DNA of 64,000 nucleotides. Source: Mayamaea pseudoterrestris. Lineage: Eukaryota. The translations under genes and the position numbers were made by a program. Numbering within the stretch: position 1 is the first letter of the stretch; each line of letters begins with the position of its first letter. The notes under the pieces were generated by a model. It saw only the letters and a program-made list of their open reading frames with translations. It made no database searches and was not told the origin of the DNA. This document shows positions 34,080-42,722 of this stretch, in pieces. The stretch lies in the NCBI GenBank assembly GCA_027923505.1, contig BROI01000019.1, forward strand, positions 186,001 to 250,000, read 5' to 3'.

Positions 34080-34221
34080 CTATGATTCAATCAGTTAGTA
34101 CATAGAAATGATGAGTGCATGTTCAATGGTTTTATATGGTTACGAAATGAATGTACCGATATCAAAGCAATGCTTAGCGCGTGAAAAGTTCTTCGGTAGT
34201 GTCGCAGCATCAGTAAACGAG

Positions 34222-34523
34222 TATCAATGCAACTTGTGTCGAGTTACCTTGAGGACTTGGTCAAGTAGGAGATGATCAGTCTACTAGCTTGGTAAGAAGA
34301 AGGGGAACGAGACGATTGCGTGTACTTTGCAATAGAATGATTTGATTTAGTAGTTACCGCTATCTTAAGGGGACCGTTGCCGACGTGTTGGTAACGTCGG
34401 CTTGCTTCTGTAGCTTAAGTAACTTGAGTATTCACAGATACTGGATATTAACAGATATCCAGCCATGAGGATCAACCGAAACAAACGGACACTGGCAGGG
34501 CCTGAACCTTAATTGTTTCGACT
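34222..34523 (-). repeat. 3' LTR of the minus-strand copia (~300 bp)
   Basis: Identical to 41020-41179 over its first ~160 bp; bounded by the PPT. The boundary near 34523 is approximate. Confidence 0.8.
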
Positions 34524-34581
34524 CTCCCTCTTGGATCGTTGTTATAGACATAGAGACAAATAACAGAGAAGATGAGCAACT

Positions 34582-37500
34582 TTACCATCCCATAAGGAGA
34601 CGGCGGAGGTGCTCGAATGTGACTTGGGGCAGCGCCTTTGTAAAGATATCCGCTCGTTGCTCCTTGGTGTCAATCTTAACGACTTTGATCGTGCCCTGCT
34701 TTACGTGGTGCTTAAAGTGGTGATACTTAGTAGCGTAATGGCGAGAGCGAGGCGTAAGATGAGGGGCATTGGCGAGCGCAAGGCAGCCTGCGTTATCTTC
34801 GTAAACGGTGCAGTAGGAGCGCGCGTTAACTTGGATGCGTTGCTTCATTTTGTTTCCCATTTCCTTGACGATTGCTTGGATAGGAATGACTTGACGAAGA
34901 CTTGAAGAGAGGGCAACGTACTCGGATTCCATTGTAGATAGAGCAATTTCGGTTTGTAGCTTGCTTTGCCAAAAGACGGGGCAGCCACCGAGCATAATAA
35001 GGTATCCGGTACGGGATTGAGCGCACACTGGATCTTGACCGTCTTCCTTTCCATATAAACCAGCAAAGTCGGCATCAACGTAACAGTCAACCGTGAGGTT
35101 GCCTTCGGGCGTCATGATGAGTCCTTGTTCGCGAGTCTTGATGAGATAGCGGACGATGCGTTTAACGGCGTCAAAGTGTGGCTTTTTAGGACAGTGATTG
35201 AATCGAGCGCATTGATTGACTGCAAAGGCAATGTCAGGGCGCGAGTTACCAGCAAGATAAAGGAGCTTGCCGATTAGCGAGTTGTAGCTCCAGCTTTCTT
35301 GATGATCGGGTAAATCAGCGTTCTTGCCGAGCGTGTCGTTGGCGGGCGTGAAGACTCCGTTAGCAGCCTCCATTCCAGTAGCTTGAATGATGCTGTCGAT
35401 CAAACCCGTTTGAGTGAGCGTGAAAGACTTGCCAGAGCGCTTTATATCAATGCCGAGATATTGACTGAGATCGCCTTCTTCGGTGAGCGTGAACTTGGAG
35501 CGAAGGTCGTCGATGATGGTCTGTAGCTCCTTGTCGGTACGGGCGACGCAGATGCAGTCGTCAACGTAACAGGCGATGATTTGTCCATTGCGGTAGAAGA
35601 GACAGGGATCGAAGAAGCTTTGAGTGAAACCAAGCTCGACGAGTCGGTCGCGTAAGTGTTCGTAGAAGAGCTTTGGAGCGATCTTCGTTCCGTAGCACGA
35701 CTTGAGCAACTTTAAACAGTAATCGCTTGATTGATGACCGTCTTTATGTTGAAAGCCGCGAGGGAATTGAATGTAGATTGGATCCTTTAGTTCTGCTTGA
35801 ACGAACGCGTTGGTGAAATCAATGCACTTGGTTTTGTAGCCGAACGTCAAGGCGAATACCATGAGGACACGAACGGTGCTCCATTGAACGACTGGTGCAA
35901 ACGTTTCAAATACGTCCTTCTGTAGGTCTCCTCGAACGCAGAAGCGAGCTTTGTGTTTCTTAAGCTCACCGCTGGGCGTTCGCTTGCGGCGAAAGGTCCA
36001 TGTGCCGGGGATGATTTGCTTTCCTTGAGGAACCTCGGTCCTTGGGATGACGACCCACGTGCCATGATCTTCGAGCGACTTGATCTCTATTCCTGCGGCT
36101 TTCCTGAACTCTTCAGAGTCATCAGCGCGCATCGCTTCATCGTAGCGGAGTGTGTCGGGATCGTTCGTCGAGGCGAGTAGCACTTGCGTTAAACCGATTG
36201 AGTAAGGGTATTCCGCGTGCGCATGCTCTGCTAACAGCATATTGGTTTCAATCATTTCGTCGCGAGCATGACGGAGTCTCTGAGCTCGAGTGATGACTGG
36301 CTCAGGAGGTCGGTCACGTAAACGTGCGGAGCGTCGTAAAGGAGGATCACTTGCTTGTTGTTGTGGTTGTTGTGCGAGCGTGGGAGCTGTCGTCGGGATC
36401 GTGGACTCGTTTAATGCGTTTGGTGGACTGGGATTGACTGTGACATCGGCTGCGACACGCGGTGTTGGTGCGGACGAGCGCAAAGGATTGCCATCAATGT
36501 GATCTAAATGCTCCCTCTGCTCCCTCTGAAGCTGTGGTTCTGTAGTTTCTTGAGGCGAATGAATTTCAGGAGGCCTTGTCTCCCTCTGATTCGAAGGCGG
36601 AGCGCCTGTGACGGGCGGAGAATCATTGGAAGGAACTGGAGCAACCGCTGGCGGAGCGGCGGGAGCAGGTAAAACTGGAGCGGTAGAAGGAGTCTGTGCT
36701 GCATGTATAGCATCTTGGCGAGCAGCTGAGGCATCAAAGTTGTCCTCCCACTCAGGATTGAGAGCAGGAAGGGGGTCATCGTCGTCGAACGGATACATGT
36801 ACTTGCTTGTCGCAAAGAGACTCGTCCATCTGTCGTCCGTAAAATTTGGAGGCGAATCAGGAAGAGCGTCAACTGTGGTAAACCAATCGTCATGCGTAAC
36901 GTGATACTGAGGACTGATGGTTAATGTATTCAAGTTGAGGACCAGAGGAACTGTAGCCGAGTGCTTGCTGGAGAAGCCGACAAAGATCCCGCGGCGCGAG
37001 CGCACTTTCCAACGAGGAATGGACTTGCCGTCTTGCATGCGAGGATCAAGAACGTAGGCGGGCGATCCAAAAACATGGAGATGATGGAACTTGTGACTTG
37101 CCCAAATGGTACCAGTGAAGATATCAATGGGAGCTTGTCCAGTGGCGACGTTTGGCATTCGATTGAAGATGTAAACTGCGTAGTCGACAGCCATCGGCCA
37201 GAGCGACATATCATCAACGTCAGTCCAATGCATGTTAGCGTGGATAAGCATCGTCCTTGCCATGTTCATAATGGTTTGAATGTTTCGTTCTGCTATTCCG
37301 TTTTGATGATGCGCGCCGACGCCTGCAAAGACGGTCGTCTGTTTGAACTTGGAAAGATGCTCGGTATACTCATGACTCGTGAAACAAGCAGCGTTATCAG
37401 ACAAGTAGCTTTCAATTGAAACGCCGCAGTCTCTTGCAAACTTTTCAAAGTTCCACTTGGAGCGAAGGGTTTCATGAGTGTTCATGACAACTTGGTGGTC

Positions 37501-39270
37501 GACGAAGACGTATCCACTTGCGTGGTCGACAAAGAGGCCGCCACCGCTAAACATTGAGTCGGTCGACGTTTTGCCGCGAGACGTATAGAGGCGTCCCTTT
37601 TGACTGCAAATGTAATGATCAACGGAGACTTGTTGTCCTGGGCGAAGCTTTCCTTGTTTGAGCGATCCGTCGGCTCGAGGCGTTGGTTGACGAGTCGTTC
37701 CGGGCGCGGGTCGACGTTTTGCCTTTCCAAACTCGCAAGCAGCGCACTTGGGTATCTCACAACAAGCAGCTGCTTTATGGAGTTTGCGCATCTCATCGCT
37801 TGTTGCCAGTCGTCCAGAGCGAAGGAGGTTTTGCATGCTGCGGAAGCTGGCGTGGCCGCACTTGAAATGCCATTGGAGAAGGAGCTTTTGAGCGGGCGAC
37901 AAGTTGGCGTTCCGAGCGTCTGTTACACAGGCATTAAACTCAGCATGAAGGGTTTCAGGGCTATCTTGAGTTGCAATCGCTGTAGAAGTTGGCAGGTTGG
38001 TTACCGGATCGAGCGAGCCGTGAAGAAGGGATGGGCGTCCTTGTTTGTGTAGATCAAAGTACCAGAATCCTTCTCCATTAATAGCAAACGTTAAATTCGC
38101 CTCGCGATCGTGTAGCTTGTGGTATCGCGTGTACTGTTGAGGGCACAGTAACTTGCGCGGACTGTCGGGAATGTAGAGAGCTTGACAACGGACTCGTAGA
38201 GGCTTGCCATCGTTGCCATCAAGCGTCCAGTCGATTATACCATGGCCGACCACTTGTAAACCAGATGCGAGGCCCTTTGCAATGATCTTCTTTGTGCTCT
38301 TGCGGTAAGTACCAGGGACGAAGTCATCCAAGTGATTGGCGACGGTTGCAGACGCGCCGCTGTCGTGAATGATTTCGAACGTGGAGGATCGAGCAGCATT
38401 GCTTGGAGAGAATGCAAAGTCATTGACTGTAGAGTCTGCTTGGAAGGTAACGTTGTTGAACTCGAGAGGAGCGAGCGCGCCAAGATAATCCATGAGGCTG
38501 GGGTACTCGATGAGGGAATTAAATTGGGAGATGGGATTGTCGATCCATCGGCATTCCTTGGACTCGACGGGAGTAGTAAACAAGCCCTTGTACCCTTTAA
38601 TGACTTCAATGGGAACAGTCTTGGCATCTGGAAGGGTCTTGAAACGAGGGCAATGGACTCTTTGACGATAGATGCCGTCGCTGCGCAATCTTGTTGGATA
38701 GGAACGGTGATAGCTATAGATGAGTGGGACACGGAGCGTTCTTTTCAATCGTTTCTGTTGGCGAATGCGACGTTTTGATTGGACGGAAAGTTGACGTTCG
38801 TCAGTAGAGTTCTTGCGTTTGTCGTAGTGTTTTTGTTGTTGACGGAGCTTGTCTCTAGTTGGTTGCGGGCGACTCGGAGAAAGGTGATAGGAAAGAGCTA
38901 ATGCTTCGAGGATAACTGTCATCCACAGCAACATCATCTCCCTCTCGAGCGTAGTCGTGAGTAACTCAAACCAAAACCATCGAAGAAACGTTGGAAGAGC
39001 GAGCGCGGCGCGCGAAAAACTGAGCGCATTGCAAGCAAACGAAGAGGCGTTGGCGAGAGTCGAAGACCAGAACCATTGATTGAGCGCAAGTCCACTCAAT
39101 GCGCAAGCGCAAACTGATTCAAGGACGGCTGGTAGGACGGTAGGAAGCATACTCAGCGCAGCCAAGAGGAGCATGGCGGCGACGGGCTTGAGGATGAACC
39201 GGGCGAAGGCAGTCTTGAAACAAAATGCTTGAACAAAGAGAAGAAGAGGCGGCGTCCTTCCGCATTCAAG
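34582..39270 (-). CDS. pol: Copia Pol (hydrophobic insert, protease, integrase, RT, RNase H), in frame with gag past a single TGA
   Basis: IHDSGAS; WHFKCGH..CAAC; VSVDH, SDN, NGIAER; KARFCVRGD; YVDD; YVDADFAG, YEDNAG, ADIFTK. Confidence 0.95.
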   Translation of the reverse strand, partial: LECGRTPPLLLFVQAFCFKTAFARFILKPVAAMLLLAALSMLPTVLPAVLESVCACALSGLALNQWFWSSTLANASSFACNALSFSRAALALPTFLRWFWFELLTTTLEREMMLLWMTVILEALALSYHLSPSRPQPTRDKLRQQQKHYDKRKNSTDERQLSVQSKRRIRQQKRLKRTLRVPLIYSYHRSYPTRLRSDGIYRQRVHCPRFKTLPDAKTVPIEVIKGYKGLFTTPVESKECRWIDNPISQFNSLIEYPSLMDYLGALAPLEFNNVTFQADSTVNDFAFSPSNAARSSTFEIIHDSGASATVANHLDDFVPGTYRKSTKKIIAKGLASGLQVVGHGIIDWTLDGNDGKPLRVRCQALYIPDSPRKLLCPQQYTRYHKLHDREANLTFAINGEGFWYFDLHKQGRPSLLHGSLDPVTNLPTSTAIATQDSPETLHAEFNACVTDARNANLSPAQKLLLQWHFKCGHASFRSMQNLLRSGRLATSDEMRKLHKAAACCEIPKCAACEFGKAKRRPAPGTTRQPTPRADGSLKQGKLRPGQQVSVDHYICSQKGRLYTSRGKTSTDSMFSGGGLFVDHASGYVFVDHQVVMNTHETLRSKWNFEKFARDCGVSIESYLSDNAACFTSHEYTEHLSKFKQTTVFAGVGAHHQNGIAERNIQTIMNMARTMLIHANMHWTDVDDMSLWPMAVDYAVYIFNRMPNVATGQAPIDIFTGTIWASHKFHHLHVFGSPAYVLDPRMQDGKSIPRWKVRSRRGIFVGFSSKHSATVPLVLNLNTLTISPQYHVTHDDWFTTVDALPDSPPNFTDDRWTSLFATSKYMYPFDDDDPLPALNPEWEDNFDASAARQDAIHAAQTPSTAPVLPAPAAPPAVAPVPSNDSPPVTGAPPSNQRETRPPEIHSPQETTEPQLQREQREHLDHIDGNPLRSSAPTPRVAADVTVNPSPPNALNESTIPTTAPTLAQQPQQQASDPPLRRSARLRDRPPEPVITRAQRLRHARDEMIETNMLLAEHAHAEYPYSIGLTQVLLASTNDPDTLRYDEAMRADDSEEFRKAAGIEIKSLEDHGTWVVIPRTEVPQGKQIIPGTWTFRRKRTPSGELKKHKARFCVRGDLQKDVFETFAPVVQWSTVRVLMVFALTFGYKTKCIDFTNAFVQAELKDPIYIQFPRGFQHKDGHQSSDYCLKLLKSCYGTKIAPKLFYEHLRDRLVELGFTQSFFDPCLFYRNGQIIACYVDDCICVARTDKELQTIIDDLRSKFTLTEEGDLSQYLGIDIKRSGKSFTLTQTGLIDSIIQATGMEAANGVFTPANDTLGKNADLPDHQESWSYNSLIGKLLYLAGNSRPDIAFAVNQCARFNHCPKKPHFDAVKRIVRYLIKTREQGLIMTPEGNLTVDCYVDADFAGLYGKEDGQDPVCAQSRTGYLIMLGGCPVFWQSKLQTEIALSTMESEYVALSSSLRQVIPIQAIVKEMGNKMKQRIQVNARSYCTVYEDNAGCLALANAPHLTPRSRHYATKYHHFKHHVKQGTIKVVKIDTKEQRADIFTKALPQVTFEHLRRLLMGW

Positions 39271-40951
39271 TCATTCCTGACTGTCAGCGAAGGGAGCGTA
39301 GTCGGTGAATTCTTCAAATACGGTGTCGGCGCCGGCAAGGATGAAGTTGTTTGCCTCGGGCGACTTGGATTTGTGAGTTGCAGACGTATGATTCCACACC
39401 CACTTGGAGCACTTGTCGCACCACTGGAACTTGTACTTGCCAACCTCCTTGACTTCGTCTTTATTGTTGGCAGCAGGCGGCTTTGTGCGCCATGCAGGAA
39501 GAGGGCGTTCGACTCGCTTTTCGGCGGCCGTCTTGGAGGAATCGCCAGAAGGAGTCGTGTTTGGAGCCTTGGCGTCGCCAGTTGGCGACTGCTTGGCGAA
39601 GCGCTTCTTGTAAGCCTCCAACTGCTTCTTGTCCTTTGTGCGGAGCTCTTTGACCTTGGATTGAACGAGATTGTTGATGTCAATTTGACCGCTTGAGATG
39701 AGAGCAGCTTGCTCGGCGTGGCTGAGTTTCGTCAACGAGTTGATATCGGGCGCTTTCTTGTCGACAATATTGACAAGCGGAGGCCATCCTCCATCAACTG
39801 CTTTGATTTGAGCGTAAAGGTCGTCAGCGCGTTCAACCAACTGGGAGATATGAACGTTTAAACTGAACATGCGAGAGCGCTGCTCGTCGTAGGAGAGGGG
39901 ATTGATTTCACGAAGGGCAGTGTCGTACCGTTCTCCAATGCCAATGAACGTAACACGCATAACTTCCGATGGACACTTGGAAAGCTCTCTAATAAAGATT
40001 AATCCAAGGGAATGGTCCCAGCGCTTGCCATTGTGAAGCTGGCGCTCAGTGTTGAGGAACTTGGCACCAAAATGGTGAACGTCTTGGAAGGAAACGTCGG
40101 TCAATTTGTAAGCACGGAGCTCGGCCTTCATCTTGTCGGCAGCTTCGTATGAGAGATCAGCGTTGGCTTGAGCGATGCGCATAAAGAAGATGGCGAAGGT
40201 ATCATCTTCCTTTCGGCGAGGCTCGACAATCTGTTGGATCGGATCGTGCTCAGTCGTGATTCAACACGAACTCGATCGCCATCGAGCTGTTCTCGTGGTC
40301 CATCGGGCGCCAATTGGCGACATCCTTCTTGCTTTGAGCGATAACGTGAGCGAGCGTGAGTACATCAAAGTTGGTACAAACACTAACGCGCGTCTTGTTG
40401 TCTCTCGACAGCGAGTAAGTGACAGAATCGCCACCAGTCGTTTCAAGCGCACGAAGGATGAGCTCGCCCCACGCGAACATCGGCATGGCCTTCTCTAACT
40501 TGCCAATGGAAGGCTTGAAAGCAATGCGAATGGCGTAGTCTTGAGCAGCACGCTTCATGGTGAGATCGCGGTGGCAAGCTGGCGTCTTGGGGATGTGCTT
40601 GGCGAGTGGGTCGTCCTCGAGCACTTGGGGGAGCGTGTAGTCAAGATTCGGCTTGCCTCCACAGAAGGCAATCTTGCGCTCGGCATCGAGGTAACCACCA
40701 ATGAGGGAAACATATTCGTTGGCCGTTGGAATAGAGGTTTCATCCTTGGGAGGAGTGTCTCCAGGCGACGACGCGTCGGTCGGTTGGACGGCTTGGAGGA
40801 GGATCTTAAGCTGGTCGGTTGGAATCGACTTGAGGGCTGAAATGAGCGTAGCAAGGTCAGCTGCAGCAGACGTTGGAGAGCTAGCTCGGGTTTTAGGAGG
40901 AGGAGTGTCGAAGTACTGCTCCGTATCGGTGTCGTTGTTGTCAGTAGACAT
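39271..40951 (-). CDS. gag: Copia Gag, split by a +1 frameshift near 40250-40262
   Basis: ORF 40951-40250 overlaps a second frame open from ~40260 to 39271; C-terminal WCDKC...H....H knuckle. Confidence 0.8.
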
Positions 40952-40983
40952 GATGCTTTTCTCGGGGTCTAGAACGAGATTTT

Positions 40984-41019
40984 GTAGCGGCAGTAGGGCG
41001 CGTGATTGGGCTCATAACC
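40984..41019 (-). promoter_or_regulatory. Primer-binding site complementary to the 5' half/anticodon arm of initiator tRNA-Met
   Basis: The minus strand reads GGTTATGAGCCC immediately after the LTR, as in Ty5 and Drosophila copia. Confidence 0.85.
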
Positions 41020-41198
41020 TATCAATGCAACTTGTGTCGAGTTACCTTGAGGACTTGGTCAAGTAGGAGATGATCAGTCTACTAGCTTGGTAAGAAGAAG
41101 GGGAACGAGACGATTGCGTGTACTTTGCAATAGAATGATTTGATTTAGTAGTTACCGCTATCTTAAGGGGACCGTTGCCAACCGACGTGTTCGGTAAA
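41020..41198 (-). repeat. Truncated 5' LTR of the copia
   Basis: Matches 34222 onward up to GGGGACCGTTGCC, then becomes scrambled and runs into the gypsy LTR. Confidence 0.85.
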
Positions 41199-41391
41199 CG
41201 TTGCGACATGGCGTTGGAACGGGCGGGCTTCTCAACTTCAGATTTAGCTATTCGCCCAATAGCTATCTAAATTGGCGTTGCCACGGGCCAACGCCCACGA
41301 CTAAACATTTGGAGCTGTAGCTCACGTTTATTAGTATAGTTGTCGATGGATAAAAGAGCTTATAATTTCATTTTAACCACCCGACGTATCA
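41199..41391 (+). repeat. Gypsy 5' LTR lacking its first 14 nt
   Basis: Identical to 46761-46953. Confidence 0.9.
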
Positions 41392-41447
41392 CTCTGAATT
41401 CAGAACCAGTTGGAAATCAAGTTAAGAAAAGCAAGCACCCTATCACC

Positions 41448-42722
41448 ATGAAGGACGACGACGACGTCCCGATACCCTTCAAACCACGGCATGTGTACGA
41501 AGACTTGCCAAGTGTCACCATCTACGGAAACGGCCGCAAGTACAAGGCTCATCGTTGCGATGTACAAGACCCGGAGGTTCTCATCCGCACGATTGTCAAC
41601 CATGGCGAGGCCGCCAAGGTACTCAACGTTGTGAACAACCCAGTTGAGCTCATTAACACCTTTCGACAGATGCTCGGAGAGGTCTTTAAGGACGCCTTTG
41701 ATGGAATCGTCGCCACGATCAATCCTTTGGCTCAAGGCAACATCCAAGCGCGTGTCACCGCCGTCGGCAGATGCCAACGAGAATGGCTCCTGCTTTACAT
41801 GACCACCGACGAAGACTTCGTCGAGCAAAAGACTTACTTGGAGACTGCCCCGAAGCCCTTCTCCAAGTCGACAAGCGAGTTCAAGCAACGCTTTGACATG
41901 ATCCACAAGCTTACCAAGTGGTTTCCTCGCACAGGCAACCCCGATGTGAACGATGACATCTTCACTCAAGTGCAGATTCGCAATTGGATGTTTACCAAGC
42001 AACCTGCCAAACACCAGCAGACGCTGAATGCGATGCCACACGTCAGCTATCAAGATATGGAGGTAGCAGAGCTTTGCAAGTATTTCGACAAGCTCCAACG
42101 TGACGAGATCCGAGAGACAGCTCGTCGCCGCGCTCAAGAAGAGACCCAGCGTAAACGCCGCAACAAGACGGACGCCGAAGACAACTATCGCGCTCGCGCC
42201 GCGCAAGGAAGAGGCCGTCGAGGCAATCGAGGCCGAGGCAACGGAGGCAGAGGCAACGGAGGCCGAGGCTTCAACTCACGCCGCAGCAACGTTCGTTGTT
42301 ACAAACCAGGACACAACCATCTGTGGATCCATTGCCCTGAGAACCCTTACCGCGTTGAAGACGAGGAAGAAGAAGAAGACAAGGATCCTGCAAAGAAGAA
42401 GGTAAGATGGACAAAGGTTAGCTCGAAGAAGAATTCTTCAAGAGGCAACAATAATAACAACAACGACCGCCACGCTATCGACGATGTCGCATATGACAGC
42501 GAATCCAACGACGATGAAGATCAACACGTCATTGAAGAATCCAAGCAAGAAGAAACAAAGGATGATGAGATGCCTTCCGAAGAGGAGGATGAAGATGAAC
42601 CAATGGAAGCGGACGAAGAGCCACACCATATGGAAGATATTGGGATCGAAGATCTTGAAGAAGAACTCGAGTCGCTCGATATTAACGACGACGAAATGGA
42701 AGATGAAAAGAAAGAAGAATGA
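41448..42722 (+). CDS. gag: Gypsy Gag with an RGG-rich region, CHHC-type knuckle and acidic tail
   Basis: ORF directly after the 5' LTR; RGNGG repeats; CYKPGHNHLWIHC; D/E-rich C-terminus. Confidence 0.8.
   Translation: MKDDDDVPIPFKPRHVYEDLPSVTIYGNGRKYKAHRCDVQDPEVLIRTIVNHGEAAKVLNVVNNPVELINTFRQMLGEVFKDAFDGIVATINPLAQGNIQARVTAVGRCQREWLLLYMTTDEDFVEQKTYLETAPKPFSKSTSEFKQRFDMIHKLTKWFPRTGNPDVNDDIFTQVQIRNWMFTKQPAKHQQTLNAMPHVSYQDMEVAELCKYFDKLQRDEIRETARRRAQEETQRKRRNKTDAEDNYRARAAQGRGRRGNRGRGNGGRGNGGRGFNSRRSNVRCYKPGHNHLWIHCPENPYRVEDEEEEEDKDPAKKKVRWTKVSSKKNSSRGNNNNNNDRHAIDDVAYDSESNDDEDQHVIEESKQEETKDDEMPSEEEDEDEPMEADEEPHHMEDIGIEDLEEELESLDINDDEMEDEKKEE

Larger units (their letters stand above)
34222..41198 (-). 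mobile_element. Ty1/copia (CoDi-like) LTR retrotransposon with a truncated 5' LTR
   Basis: Direct repeats starting TATCAATGCAAC at 34222 and 41020; tRNAi-Met half-site PBS; gag plus PR-IN-RT-RH; PPT (AAGAGGGAG on -) near 34524-34532. Confidence 0.95.

Noticed and set aside
39153..39683. Overlapping ORF suggesting a gag-pol frameshift
   Set aside because: Gag and pol are already in the same frame; this ORF stops at 39153 and has no motifs.
40984..41060. tRNA-Met gene
   Set aside because: Only the 5' half is mimicked; the sequence then continues as LTR with no T-arm or acceptor stem, so it is a PBS.
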